Both the position numbers and the translations under genes were made by a program. From Savitreella phatthalungensis (lineage: Eukaryota), in contig AP039701.1 in assembly GCA_051599415.1 (NCBI GenBank), forward strand, positions 186,001 to 250,000: a DNA stretch of 64,000 nt. The letters run 5' to 3'. Positions 31,635 to 42,857 of the stretch are shown in pieces. The notes beneath the pieces were generated by a model, which saw only the letters and a program-made list of their open reading frames with translations, had not been told where the DNA came from and did not search any database. Position 1 is the first letter of the stretch; each line of letters begins with the position of its first letter.

Positions 31635-33809
31635 ATGCCCTTCAACACGGCCTCCGTGGCCGCAAACACCACACCACTTTTTCTCAAGACCTTCCTACAA
31701 CATTTCCTGGACAAGCCAGACGCAAATTCACCCAGGCATCAACTCGCCTATGACGAAGCGCTCGTCCTCGTTCGTCGATTCCTCGAGTATGGATCTCGTC
31801 ACACCATCGAGCAAGTTCAGGCATTCACAGCCAACAAGATTCCAACACCATCGTGGGTTTCGAAGACAGAGGTTGCTATTCCGCAGAAAAACCTTGATGA
31901 AGCAGCCGCACACATCAAGACTGACATGGGCGAGTACGGGGCAAAAATCTTTGGTGGCACAAAGTGGTGGCAGTACCGTCTGGAAGCGCTTCACTGTGAA
32001 TGGATCGAGATGAAGAAGGATCAGAGGAAACGTGAGCTCGCCACAGATCACTCGACTGATCGTGTCATTCTCTACATTCACGGTGGCGCTTACTACTTTG
32101 GCTCTGTCGACGAGCATCGCTATCAGATCCAACGTCACGCCAGAAAGCTCGGTGGTCGTGCTCTGGCTGTCAATTACCGCCTTGCTCCACAGTTCCCGTG
32201 TCCTTGCGGCCTGCAGGACAACCTTGCAGCTTACCTATACCTTCTGGAATCGCACAAGCCGGAGAACATCATCATCTCGGGTGATTCAGCCGGTGGCGGT
32301 ATGACGGCAGCCCTGCTCTGCCTCCTGCGTGATCAGAACATACCGCTTCCTGCAGCTGGTGTCATGATCAGTCCCTGGGTCGACTTGACCCACGGATTTC
32401 CTTCGATCCTAGGCGACTCAGCTGGAGATTACATCCCCTCACACGGCTTTCAACACAAGCCCAGTATGCTCTGGCCACCTCCGACCGCGACAGACATTGC
32501 TGCGGCCCAGGGAGCTGAGGTCGGAGCAAGTAGCACACACGACGACGACGACGACGACGCCTCTGTTGGGACAGACTCTGAAGCTGAAAACGCAGACGTT
32601 GTTGACAACCAGACACAGCGCCTTGGCTTCAGTGTCGAGACGCCATCGAACCCGGCGGCCACCCAGGAACTCTCAGACAGGCTGAAGAAAATCAGTATGC
32701 TGGACGAGCACACCAACGAGGCGCAGATCATGGTCGACGGCAAGCTCGTCACGATTGAGGACCAAATCCAGATATATGCCACAAACCGACAGCTGCACCA
32801 TCGCTACGTCTCTCCTGTTGCGGGTGGCTCTCTTGGTGGACTTTGCCCTGTGCTCATCATGGCAGGTGGCAGCGAATTGCTCCGTGATGAGATTATCTAC
32901 CTCGCTCACAAGGCTGCAGATCCAAAGCGATACCCTTCTGCCGAGCTCTTCCTCAAGCTAGACCCGAATGAGCAAGCCAAGCTGGACAAATACCCACCAA
33001 CTCAGGTTCATCTGCAGGTATATGACGATTGTTGTCACGTCACCCCCACCATCGCTATGTGTAGACCCGCCAAGTACATGTACAGATCGATTGCGAACTT
33101 CTCGCTGTGGGCGCTCGCACGCAAGTCAAAGGCGCAGCAAGACTCGATCATTCAATTCCTTCGGGACGCCAATCTGTTCTACGAAGCTGCCGATCCATCA
33201 GACGACGAGGGTTCTGATGTTGCTGATCAGGCGCACGAGGCGGCTCAACACCCTCGTACCGCGCGTTCCCACTCGGCCGCATCCAGTCCCGCTGGACCTG
33301 TCGTGACGGTGAGTGGCATCGAGCCGCTCTACACGGACAACATGATCCGAGAGCGAGTGACGATCCGTGGCGTCATTCGACCGATGGAAGATGTCTCGCA
33401 GATCGAGTGCTTGAACTTGGACCGCAACAGTATCGCCGTAATCAAGCCTGGTCCCGTTCAGCGCTTCATGGAGGCGAGACGACAACACGACAAGAAGTAC
33501 CGGAAGCGCAAGGCACAGATCCAGCGTCGTCGTGCTCGCGAGTACGCCCGTGCAAAGAGCGAAGGCTTCAAGCTCGGCGACTTTGGTCAGGATCACCCGC
33601 CGCCGACAGCCATCGCCGGCCGTGCCGACTTTGAGGATGCCGTCAAGCTCAACAAGCAGACAAAGGGCAAATCCGGCGGTCTCATCAACAACCTCTTCTC
33701 GTTCGTGTCATCACGCAGGGACAAGGACAAGATCAATCTGCGCGAAGATGACGAGAAGGTCCAAGCGACTGCTAAAGACTCGCAGACTGCTCCAAACATC
33801 TCTGCCTAA
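31635..33809 (+). CDS. Alpha/beta hydrolase (hormone-sensitive lipase-like esterase)
   Basis: HGGAY oxyanion motif, YRLAPQ, GDSAGG nucleophile elbow, SPWVD, ELLRDE. Confidence 0.9.
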   Translation: MPFNTASVAANTTPLFLKTFLQHFLDKPDANSPRHQLAYDEALVLVRRFLEYGSRHTIEQVQAFTANKIPTPSWVSKTEVAIPQKNLDEAAAHIKTDMGEYGAKIFGGTKWWQYRLEALHCEWIEMKKDQRKRELATDHSTDRVILYIHGGAYYFGSVDEHRYQIQRHARKLGGRALAVNYRLAPQFPCPCGLQDNLAAYLYLLESHKPENIIISGDSAGGGMTAALLCLLRDQNIPLPAAGVMISPWVDLTHGFPSILGDSAGDYIPSHGFQHKPSMLWPPPTATDIAAAQGAEVGASSTHDDDDDDASVGTDSEAENADVVDNQTQRLGFSVETPSNPAATQELSDRLKKISMLDEHTNEAQIMVDGKLVTIEDQIQIYATNRQLHHRYVSPVAGGSLGGLCPVLIMAGGSELLRDEIIYLAHKAADPKRYPSAELFLKLDPNEQAKLDKYPPTQVHLQVYDDCCHVTPTIAMCRPAKYMYRSIANFSLWALARKSKAQQDSIIQFLRDANLFYEAADPSDDEGSDVADQAHEAAQHPRTARSHSAASSPAGPVVTVSGIEPLYTDNMIRERVTIRGVIRPMEDVSQIECLNLDRNSIAVIKPGPVQRFMEARRQHDKKYRKRKAQIQRRRAREYARAKSEGFKLGDFGQDHPPPTAIAGRADFEDAVKLNKQTKGKSGGLINNLFSFVSSRRDKDKINLREDDEKVQATAKDSQTAPNISA

Positions 33810-33902
33810 TTTACGGGCCTCACGAGATGTCCCTTTCCTCATTATCGAAGTCATTATCATAGCTATCATAATCTAATGTCTACAGTGGTGCTCGTTGTGA
33901 TC

Positions 33903-34559
<657 letters not shown>

Positions 34560-35032
34560 CTATCGCTAGGATTGTTATGATGATTGGCTGTGCCTGTGAC
34601 GTCGTTGAGTTGATGGAGATGCCTGAGATCCGGCAGCCCGAGTGCAGTGCTTCTGGATCCTGTTCAGGCTTGGCTTATCGGCATCCTTCTCGTATCGAGT
34701 CTAATCTGCCCTGAATGAATTCAGTAGTGTACATATCCGAGTAAGTAAGCAATCATTGCAAGCAATGAGTCTAACGCAGTTTAACAGCCACGGCAGTGAC
34801 ACCACTCACTACGACAACATCAACATCATCATCATCATACTCTACAAAGTGCTTCTTCCATCTCTTAACGCATCTCAGCTACGGTTCACTCGCCTACAGA
34901 CATCCACCAGGAGCGCTCAGCTTCTTTGCGCACATCTACGGCATAACATCAACCTTCTAGACGTCATAGCGCACCGGCGTCCATTGCATCGTGTGAGGAG
35001 CTTATAGATCATTGACGAACGCATACATCATC

Positions 35033-37648
35033 ATGAGTGGTCACGGGCGAGGAGAATCATCAAGGGGAACATCATCCAATCGACTCGAGCTTCCTGATGA
35101 GCAAGACACTGCTGGCGGCAAAATCTGGGACTACAGAGATCCAGATGTCATGACACTCACGGCAAACGCTCGTGCTTCTCCCCAACTACACAGGGAGAGC
35201 ATCGCTCGCCCAACAGCAGCAGGACCCGTCTTTGCTGCATCTACAGAATCGCGCCTCCAGTTGCAGGATGACGACAGCATCGCTTCCCCTGGTAGACCAG
35301 ACAGCCGAGCGAGTGATCGAAGACGTAATCCACTCTCCCGCAACGGATCGCGCCAGAACATTCCACAATCACAGCGCGACCAGCATCCATACCAGTCCAG
35401 TCAGCGTCGGAATCTCTCTACTGACAGCATCGACAGCGATGCATTGCTTGACCATCGATTCGTCTCCCAGTCGTTACCTCGGGCATCCTTCATGCAGCCT
35501 CGAGCCTCCGTCTCCAATAAAGGCAGTCACAGTCAGCGACGGCGCAGCAGTAAGCCCACACGCGGTGGCGGTACGGGCGGCCGACCTCGCAAGAGTACAC
35601 TGAGCAAAACGCGCGAGGAGAACTCCGACGATTCCTCGGGCCTCGACACCGATGACGGCGTCGCAGGCGACGAACGAACATCTCTCCTCCCGCATCGCCG
35701 TCCGCGCAAATCATCCTCTCAGCTATTCGACCTTCAAAACAGCGCCCGTCGGCAGTCACGCCGTGAAGGCAAGAACGCCGCGGGTTCCGGCGCGAGCTCC
35801 AGCTCATCTGAGCCCGGATCCCCTCGGTCCATGAGAAACCCCAATTTCCCGCCCTCCATCCCTTCCTCATTTGGCTCACGGCGAGGCAGTCGTCTGGACG
35901 GTGCAGACCTCGGACTCGCTCGTCAGCAGGCCGTCGCACCCATCTCAGAGAGCATGACCGGCAAGGATGCCGCGGGCGAGACACTTCGAGTCAACATGGC
36001 AAAGCGCGTCATGCAATATGCGCGGAAGGATAGCAGCCGTGGAACACCTTCAGGCAACAACCCCGGCTCTCAGGACGGTACAGTCGACCTCGCTGCGCTT
36101 CCAGCCGTCGTCGCCACCTCCCCACCACGCGAATTCCTTTCGAGCCCCGACCGCGACGCCACTCTTCTGACGGACGAAGAAGACGAAGATGGCACAGACA
36201 ACCTAGGACGGACACGGCTGCAATCGAAGGCAGAAGCCGACGTCTGCTTCCCGACAGCGGCAGATTACAAGGAGCAAGGTCACATCGACTTCGACATGCT
36301 TCAGGAATGGGCACGTGAGCAGATCGAGCAGAAGGAAGGTGGTCGAGACTCGATCGTCGAGTGGCGTCATCGAAAGCTGTCTGAGCCGATGCTTGTCAAC
36401 GGCAAATACCGCAACCGTGGCGGCTGGTCAGCATACAAGGATCGTCCAGAAGGCGGCGACCTCCCGAGCGGCGAGGACAATCGTCCTTTCCGATTCACGT
36501 TCTTCACAGACCAACTCCCTTCAACCATCCACTCGCCGACACTTTACGAGCTCCCACAGGAAGACGAGTCCTTCCAAGAGCTCTTCAGCTCTGGAAACAC
36601 TTGGTGGCTGGACGTCAACAGCCCATCAGAGACCGAGATGAAAATTCTCAGCGAGGCGTTCGGTATCCACCCGCTCACAACGGAAGACATCTCGATGGAG
36701 GAACAGCGAGAGAAAGTCGAGCTCTTCCGCCACTACTATTTGGTCTCTTTCCGATCCTTTCAGCAAGATCCCGAAAGCGACGACTACCTCGAGCCTGTGA
36801 ATATGTACATCATCGTCTTCCGATCAGGAATCATGACTTTCCACTTCGGCCAGACACCCCACCCAGCAAACGTCCGCCGTCGGATTCGCCAGCTGAAGGA
36901 CTTCATCAGTGTGAGTGCGGACTGGATCAGCTATGCGCTGATCGACGACATCGTTGACGCATTCTCGCCACTCATCCATCGAATCGAGTACGAGGTCGAC
37001 ACGATCGATGAGAACGTGCTTGGGATCGATATCGAGCAAGCGAGCTCCCACCACGGCGGCGGTCGCGATGACCTCTCTCTTCCAGGCGAGAAGGATCATC
37101 GACCGGCGTCCATTAAGGCCGGCTCTACCACGACAATGGCCAACAGGACGAACGACGATGACGAGCAGGCGAACATGCTCCGACGGATCGGCTCGTGCCG
37201 GAAGAAGGTGATGGGTCTCCTTCGCCTTCTTGGCTCGAAGGCTGACGTGATCAAGGGCTTTGCGAAACGATGCAACGAGCAATGGGACGTAGCGCCTCGG
37301 TCGGAGATCGGTCTCTACCTAGGCGACATCCAAGACCACATCGTCACCATGGTCCAGAACCTCAACCACTACGAGAAAATCCTCTCGCGCACGCACTCCA
37401 ACTACCTCGCACAAATCTCAATCGCCATGACCAGAGTCAACAACGACACCAACGACGTCCTCTCACGACTAACAGTCCTAGGAACCATGCTCATCCCAAT
37501 GAACCTCGTCACTGGTCTCTGGGGAATGAACGTGCCTGTTCCAGGCCAGGAGTCCGAAGGATTGCATTGGTTCTTCAGCATCTTGGGATGTATGGCTGTA
37601 TTTTTCGTCCTGATCTACTTCTTAGGTCGCCGGTCAGGTGTTGTGTAG
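35033..37648 (+). CDS. CorA-family Mg2+ transporter (Alr1/Mnr2 type)
   Basis: Long disordered N-terminus, 'WWLDV', 'FGIHPLTTEDI', 'REKVELF', 'LGDIQDH', GMN signature ('GLWGMNV') and 2 C-terminal TMs; first ATG at 35033. Confidence 0.95.
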   Translation: MSGHGRGESSRGTSSNRLELPDEQDTAGGKIWDYRDPDVMTLTANARASPQLHRESIARPTAAGPVFAASTESRLQLQDDDSIASPGRPDSRASDRRRNPLSRNGSRQNIPQSQRDQHPYQSSQRRNLSTDSIDSDALLDHRFVSQSLPRASFMQPRASVSNKGSHSQRRRSSKPTRGGGTGGRPRKSTLSKTREENSDDSSGLDTDDGVAGDERTSLLPHRRPRKSSSQLFDLQNSARRQSRREGKNAAGSGASSSSSEPGSPRSMRNPNFPPSIPSSFGSRRGSRLDGADLGLARQQAVAPISESMTGKDAAGETLRVNMAKRVMQYARKDSSRGTPSGNNPGSQDGTVDLAALPAVVATSPPREFLSSPDRDATLLTDEEDEDGTDNLGRTRLQSKAEADVCFPTAADYKEQGHIDFDMLQEWAREQIEQKEGGRDSIVEWRHRKLSEPMLVNGKYRNRGGWSAYKDRPEGGDLPSGEDNRPFRFTFFTDQLPSTIHSPTLYELPQEDESFQELFSSGNTWWLDVNSPSETEMKILSEAFGIHPLTTEDISMEEQREKVELFRHYYLVSFRSFQQDPESDDYLEPVNMYIIVFRSGIMTFHFGQTPHPANVRRRIRQLKDFISVSADWISYALIDDIVDAFSPLIHRIEYEVDTIDENVLGIDIEQASSHHGGGRDDLSLPGEKDHRPASIKAGSTTTMANRTNDDDEQANMLRRIGSCRKKVMGLLRLLGSKADVIKGFAKRCNEQWDVAPRSEIGLYLGDIQDHIVTMVQNLNHYEKILSRTHSNYLAQISIAMTRVNNDTNDVLSRLTVLGTMLIPMNLVTGLWGMNVPVPGQESEGLHWFFSILGCMAVFFVLIYFLGRRSGVV

Positions 37649-37659
37649 ATATTCTATCC

Positions 37660-39666
37660 TCATTTGCCCCCACCACTGCTACTGCTGCTCATCAGCTGAG
37701 ATACCACCCACGGTACACTCATCCCCCTCAAGTCCGTGTACATCTGCCCAACACCGACAAACACGACAGGTGCGCCTGTAGCGTGGACCATGGAGACGAG
37801 CGTGCCCACTAGGTCTCCGACGGTATCGATTTTGGAGATGATGAATCCGTCGAGGTCTCGAGATGGACCTAGTGCGTTATTGAAATGCCTAGCTTGAGCG
37901 ACACTGTCGGTGCCAACGAGTGCTTCGGCCACCTGCCAAATGCGATCGATGCCACCGTCCCCGGCATTCACAGTACCGACAAACCTCTCCAACCCCTGCA
38001 TCAACCTAGCGTCGTTGTGCCGTCGTCCTGCAGTGTCAATCAGCACGACGTCGAAACCTTGCTTTGCAGCGTACGCGATCGCATCGTTGGCAATCGATGC
38101 AGGGTCCTTGCCGTACCCTTTCTCGAACAGTTGGATGTGGGCTTGGGCGGCTGGGTTGTTGGTGGCGATGAAGGCTGTGAGACGGGTGACGTGGACTCTC
38201 AGCTGCTCGACCGCGCCACTCCTGAAAGTGTCGCAAGCACACACTAGCACGCGCAGGTTGTTGCCTAGGAGCCAGTACGCAACTTTCGCCAAATTCGTCG
38301 ACTTCCCAACACCGTTCACGCCCACAAACGAGATGGTGAATGGCCGTTGGCGCTTGGCGGTACGAACGCGAGAGATCTCGCTCAGCAGGTCGTGTGAGGA
38401 CTGTGGCGTCAAGATGCGGGTGAGTGCTGAGGCGACCGCGGACTCAACGAGCTTCGAAGTCCGCTCGAACGTGCCGCACTTCTGGCCGACAAGCGAGTCC
38501 CTGACGGTGTCGCAGATCCGCGTGCATGGCTCGTTCGCCACGTTCTTCGACAGTAGGTGCTGGCGCATCTTCTCACACGCCGGTCCGAGGTCTTCCGCCG
38601 TCAGGGTCTTGCCGGAGACGAGGGAGGAGAAGAATGAGAATGCCCCGCGTGATTGTTTGGATTTGTCCTTTTCCGCATCGTCGTCTAGTAGGAGTGCCTC
38701 AAGATCCTTGATGATCTTTTGGCCGTCTGCCGTCTCTTCCATCGCGTCCTTGCCCACAAAGTCGTCTAGGTTGATATCGTGCGCGTTGTCGTCCGGGTTA
38801 GTGTCATGGGCGGCGCCAGCGCCTGCGCTCGAGAAATCCAGCACATCGTTTCCAGTGTCGTCGACACTCCCATCGGCGTTCCATCGACGCTGCGTCTTGC
38901 CACCCTTCCTTACCACTCCAACACCGCCCTCGTCATCCGACGATGCAACGCTCGCGGGCGTTGCCCTGCCAGAACCACTCCGCCGCAGAGCAGCGTTCGC
39001 CACCGTTCGTCGTCCTCCGGCAACACGAGCGGCAGCACCAGCGCCACTCGCGAATTTTGCGACCGGCGGCGTGGCCGAGCGTCCAGGCGAAGACGATGCC
39101 AAGGGATCTGATTTCTCGACTGCTGGAGTGCCCGCCGGCGAGCGTGGAGTAAGGGCTGGTGACTTTGCTGATGGCGTGCCGTTCGGTGGCTTTGAGGTGG
39201 TGTGGTTGTTGGTCGATTGCTCAGTGCGCTCGAGCTCGGCGAGACGCTGGTCAAAGTAGTGCTCGAATTTGCACCTGACGACGATCTGCGGCAAGTCTGC
39301 AGGAGGGGAAGTCTCTTTCGATGCAGAACGAAGGTCATCACCGCAAAGCCGCGTCAGTAACCGCTTCATATTCGACAACAACTCCTCCACAAAGTTCAGC
39401 CGCAAGAGTGACTGGTATACCACGACGAACAGCAGTCCACCAAGATCGTTCGAGGTCGTGAATCGGACGGTGTAGCTCCCGCGAGAATAGGCACCGACAT
39501 CGGAGTTGCCCGAACCAGAAGAGGAAGAGGCAGATGAGCCTAGGATGACATCAGAGATGAGACCGTTAACGATCGATGGAGAGACAGGTTGCTGATTTGC
39601 CGCGCTAAGCTGCTTCTGCCATAGGACGATTCCACCTGCAGTGACAATCGTGCAGAGATCAAGCAT
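37660..39666 (-). CDS. SRP101: Signal recognition particle receptor alpha subunit
   Basis: N-terminal SRX region ('GGIVLW', 'VVVYQSLL'); GTPase motifs GVNGVGKSTN, DTFRSGAVEQL, DTAGR, SKID. Confidence 0.96.
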   Translation of the reverse strand: MLDLCTIVTAGGIVLWQKQLSAANQQPVSPSIVNGLISDVILGSSASSSSGSGNSDVGAYSRGSYTVRFTTSNDLGGLLFVVVYQSLLRLNFVEELLSNMKRLLTRLCGDDLRSASKETSPPADLPQIVVRCKFEHYFDQRLAELERTEQSTNNHTTSKPPNGTPSAKSPALTPRSPAGTPAVEKSDPLASSSPGRSATPPVAKFASGAGAAARVAGGRRTVANAALRRSGSGRATPASVASSDDEGGVGVVRKGGKTQRRWNADGSVDDTGNDVLDFSSAGAGAAHDTNPDDNAHDINLDDFVGKDAMEETADGQKIIKDLEALLLDDDAEKDKSKQSRGAFSFFSSLVSGKTLTAEDLGPACEKMRQHLLSKNVANEPCTRICDTVRDSLVGQKCGTFERTSKLVESAVASALTRILTPQSSHDLLSEISRVRTAKRQRPFTISFVGVNGVGKSTNLAKVAYWLLGNNLRVLVCACDTFRSGAVEQLRVHVTRLTAFIATNNPAAQAHIQLFEKGYGKDPASIANDAIAYAAKQGFDVVLIDTAGRRHNDARLMQGLERFVGTVNAGDGGIDRIWQVAEALVGTDSVAQARHFNNALGPSRDLDGFIISKIDTVGDLVGTLVSMVHATGAPVVFVGVGQMYTDLRGMSVPWVVSQLMSSSSSGGGK

Positions 39667-39987
39667 CCTCTAGACAGAAACCCACACAGCTACACAACCG
39701 ACAGGAAGAGTATGAGTGGACAATGCGAGGGGTTAGTCTTGTAGATGTGAATCTACGTGGGCGGGTTGACGTGCGTGTGTGTGTGAATGTGTGGATATGA
39801 GTGAATGAAAGCATTCTGTTCTTTCCAGATGCACAATAACATCGAAGACTCACTCTATCCAAGCGCTCTCTCTCACTCGCATCTCTGCGTCACAGCTATA
39901 GAGTACTTCAAGGCGAGTCTGGTGCAATCATTGTCGTCTTGGGGGTAGATACATGTACATTGAATCTCTCTTCTGCGCTCCTCGAGT

Positions 39988-40437
39988 CTAGTTCCGAACG
40001 GCGCCAGACTTTTCCAGCACGTCCTTTGCCTCGTTGATCTTCGAAGCAACGAAAGGGGAGCCTCCTCTGTCTGGGTGGTTGAGAATCATAATCTTCCGAT
40101 GTGCGTCCTTGAGCTTCTTGCTTGTGACTGACGATCGTTCACTGCACGGTCAGTAACTGGAGAGTGGTGGGAGTAGAAAATGCTTACGGTAGACCGAGGA
40201 TGAGTGACGCTTCATGGCGATCCATCTTGCTCTGGAAACCTCCCTTGTAGAACTGCTTCAAAGCACCACCGCCCTTCTGAATCGTGTACTTCTGCCATGC
40301 CCGGATACCAATCTTGCCAACAGTTGCTGCAGCTGCAACCCCGAGTCCTGCAGCGATGATAGAAGCCTAGAAAGACCGACGTCAGTCAAGAGCCATAGAG
40401 AATGATAGAGCGACTGCTTCAGATGAAGACATACCAT
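39988..40437 (-). CDS. PAM18: Mitochondrial import motor J-protein Pam18/Tim14, 111 aa (exons 40437-40435, 40366-40188, 40141-39988); not in ORF track
   Basis: Spliced product [18 protein letters not shown]...[64 protein letters not shown]; introns 40367-40434 and 40142-40187 are canonical GT-AG with CTGAC. Confidence 0.93.
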
Positions 40438-40646
40438 CGAATGAGAGCTTGAAATTGCTTGCGCCGGGACCTGCTGCTGCTGCTGCTGATGAGGATGATG
40501 AATGAGTGAATGAATGTGCTTGGAAGAACTTCTGACTTTTCTCGATGATTGACTTGATCAGAATATCCACACAAACTTATTTAAACACTTCTTTAGACAC
40601 ACTACCACCTACAACCGCCGCTGGTCTGCCTGGCTTCTCCTGCTGC

Positions 40647-41321
40647 ATGTCTCGAGGTGGTGGAGGGAAGCACGCTCTAGACCTACAGCGTGAACAACTG
40701 GCGGCTCTGTCAGCTGGCTCTTCGACAGCCGGCCCGACTGTGATTCCTACGAGTGCAGATGTAGCTCGACGTGAGCTGGCTGCGCGAGAACGCAGGCTTG
40801 GGTCGCCGCCCAGGGAGATCATGTCAGGGAGCACGGCTGCTGCTTCTGGTGCTGGATCAGGCGAGTTCCACGTCTACCGCCACTCCCGACGTCGCGAGAT
40901 CGCCAGAGAACACGAGCACGAGCTAGAGCGACGTCGTGACGACGACCGGAGACAGTATGCGGAGGCGAAGCGGAAAAGAGAGGAGGAGGATCAAGCTAGG
41001 CTCCAGCGTAACAGGCGCAGGAGGAACAAGATCAAGCTGGCGAAGATAGGTCCACCTTCGCCTGCTGATAATACACATCAGCAAAACACAGAGACAAATG
41101 AAGCAGAGACTGATGTCGAGGCATCTGCTGAACCGGACACAGAGACTCAGGCAAAGGTCCCAGATTCGGACAAGTCGAAAGGGCCAGGTCTGACAGCACT
41201 GGACAAACTGCGGCTCGCAAGCCAAGCATCGAGGCTCGAGCCTGTGTATAATGTAAATTCAGAAGAGCAGGATGATGACACCGGAGGCAATCTGCATATT
41301 GTGGACGACGACGACGATTGA
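40647..41321 (+). CDS. PRKRIP1-like (DUF1168) spliceosomal protein
   Basis: 'PPREI...SGAGSGEFHVYRHSRRRE' followed by a charged coiled coil; likely start MSRGGGG at 40647. Confidence 0.85.
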   Translation: MSRGGGGKHALDLQREQLAALSAGSSTAGPTVIPTSADVARRELAARERRLGSPPREIMSGSTAAASGAGSGEFHVYRHSRRREIAREHEHELERRRDDDRRQYAEAKRKREEEDQARLQRNRRRRNKIKLAKIGPPSPADNTHQQNTETNEAETDVEASAEPDTETQAKVPDSDKSKGPGLTALDKLRLASQASRLEPVYNVNSEEQDDDTGGNLHIVDDDDD

Positions 41322-41421
41322 CGACTGATGATGTACAAACAGCTAGCGTAATATTACCCATGTGTCATATGCATTGTTCTCTGATTGTATCCTCAGTATT
41401 GGATGCGTCGAGTCCTTTCAT

Positions 41422-42381
41422 CTACAGGTCGTTCTTTGCCCAGTCGTTGTCGAGGGAGACTTTCTCGCCTGGTTTGAAGGCTGGCATTCCGAGGTAGGGA
41501 CATCCTGAACACCTGAATGCGTCTCCGAGGTAGCAATTACCACAGGACGAGACTGCGTTCTTAGCTGACATGGATGCTGTGAAATCGACTTCCGCGAGAT
41601 CGTCCTCGCCTAGAAGCACTCGCGATCGTGTTGCTTCCTGCGACCTCAACTCCTCTTCCTCGAGCTCACGCAGACCACACGTACAGTTCTTGCACGCCTT
41701 TCGCCGCTTGCCCTTCTCTGGCGCACACTCTGCAGGCTGTACGATCACAGGTTTCGCCAGATCGGAGGCCTCTAGAAGCGATTCCTCGTCGATACGTGAG
41801 GCTGTTCCTGTCGCAAGCGCCGCGCGCAGCTTGGCTGCTTTGTCGGACGCATTCTTCCGCTTTCGTAGGGGAACGGCGCCGCCAGCTGCCGATGGCGTGG
41901 AAGCCGTGCCTTCGGGCCGGGTAAGGATCATCCCGTCTGCGCCGGCGTTGACTGCAAACCCTGCAATCAGCGCATCGCCGCGCAAGTTTCCCTGTGGACC
42001 AGCAGGGATGTGCACGCTCCTGCCGGGCTTCAGCGCAGCAAATAGCTTCGGTAGCAGCGTCGACAGCTGAGCAATCACACGATCGTCGCTCGCTGCAAGC
42101 ACAATGTTGTCGTAGTGATCCACAGGGAGCTGGACAATCTCAAGTACGAGACGATCGAGCATCTGCAGATCCGGCCGCTGTGGGAAACTTGTGAGGATCT
42201 GCGTCAGTTGTGCCTCGTCCGCTGCAAGGGACGGTGGTGCGAGCAGAAGGTTGAAGTACTGCGCTGCAGCGACGGTCGGTTTCAGTGCTGCAGTCGCAGT
42301 GGCTCTTGTAGAGCTTGCGCTGGGGCTTGAAGTATACGTGTCGAGGTCATCGGACATATCAATGCTGACCGATGGTGCCAT
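41422..42381 (-). CDS. DRE2: Fe-S cluster assembly protein Dre2/anamorsin
   Basis: [13 protein letters not shown] and [29 protein letters not shown] motifs. Confidence 0.96.
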   Translation of the reverse strand: MAPSVSIDMSDDLDTYTSSPSASSTRATATAALKPTVAAAQYFNLLLAPPSLAADEAQLTQILTSFPQRPDLQMLDRLVLEIVQLPVDHYDNIVLAASDDRVIAQLSTLLPKLFAALKPGRSVHIPAGPQGNLRGDALIAGFAVNAGADGMILTRPEGTASTPSAAGGAVPLRKRKNASDKAAKLRAALATGTASRIDEESLLEASDLAKPVIVQPAECAPEKGKRRKACKNCTCGLRELEEEELRSQEATRSRVLLGEDDLAEVDFTASMSAKNAVSSCGNCYLGDAFRCSGCPYLGMPAFKPGEKVSLDNDWAKNDL

Positions 42382-42857
42382 GATGTTTTGAGGTGAAGAG
42401 ATTAGTGTCGCCGCGTTCAGAACTTGAATCCCTCCTGAACTCTCAGATTGTCCCGATGAGATCGAGCGCTGAATTGACTGACTCAGGCAGGGCGCTGCTC
42501 TTGAATGATGTAGGATGATCTCTGGTGATGTAGTGACGGTGTATTTTAAAGTCTTTGTTGCTGACTGATGATGCCCTGCAGTGGTTTTTTACCTTTACTG
42601 TTAGTGTTACTGATGCTGATGCTGATGCTGAGTGAGCGAATGAGAGTTCTGACAAATTCCGCTTATCCGATCAAGATAACATAAAAAACCAGATCACGTG
42701 ACCTCATACACAAACACGAACTGACATCATCCTCCAAGTCAACATCCTCGTACAGACCACACATATCACAACTCCACGTAACATACCCTCTTTCCAGAGT
42801 CAGCAAGTCAGATCTGTATTTATATCAAGGTCCAGACACAAGCTATTTGATCAATAC

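Noticed and set aside
37910..39259. 449-aa + strand ORF antisense to SRP101
   Set aside because: Fully overlaps a conserved gene on the opposite strand, with an Ala/Ser/Arg-rich shadow composition
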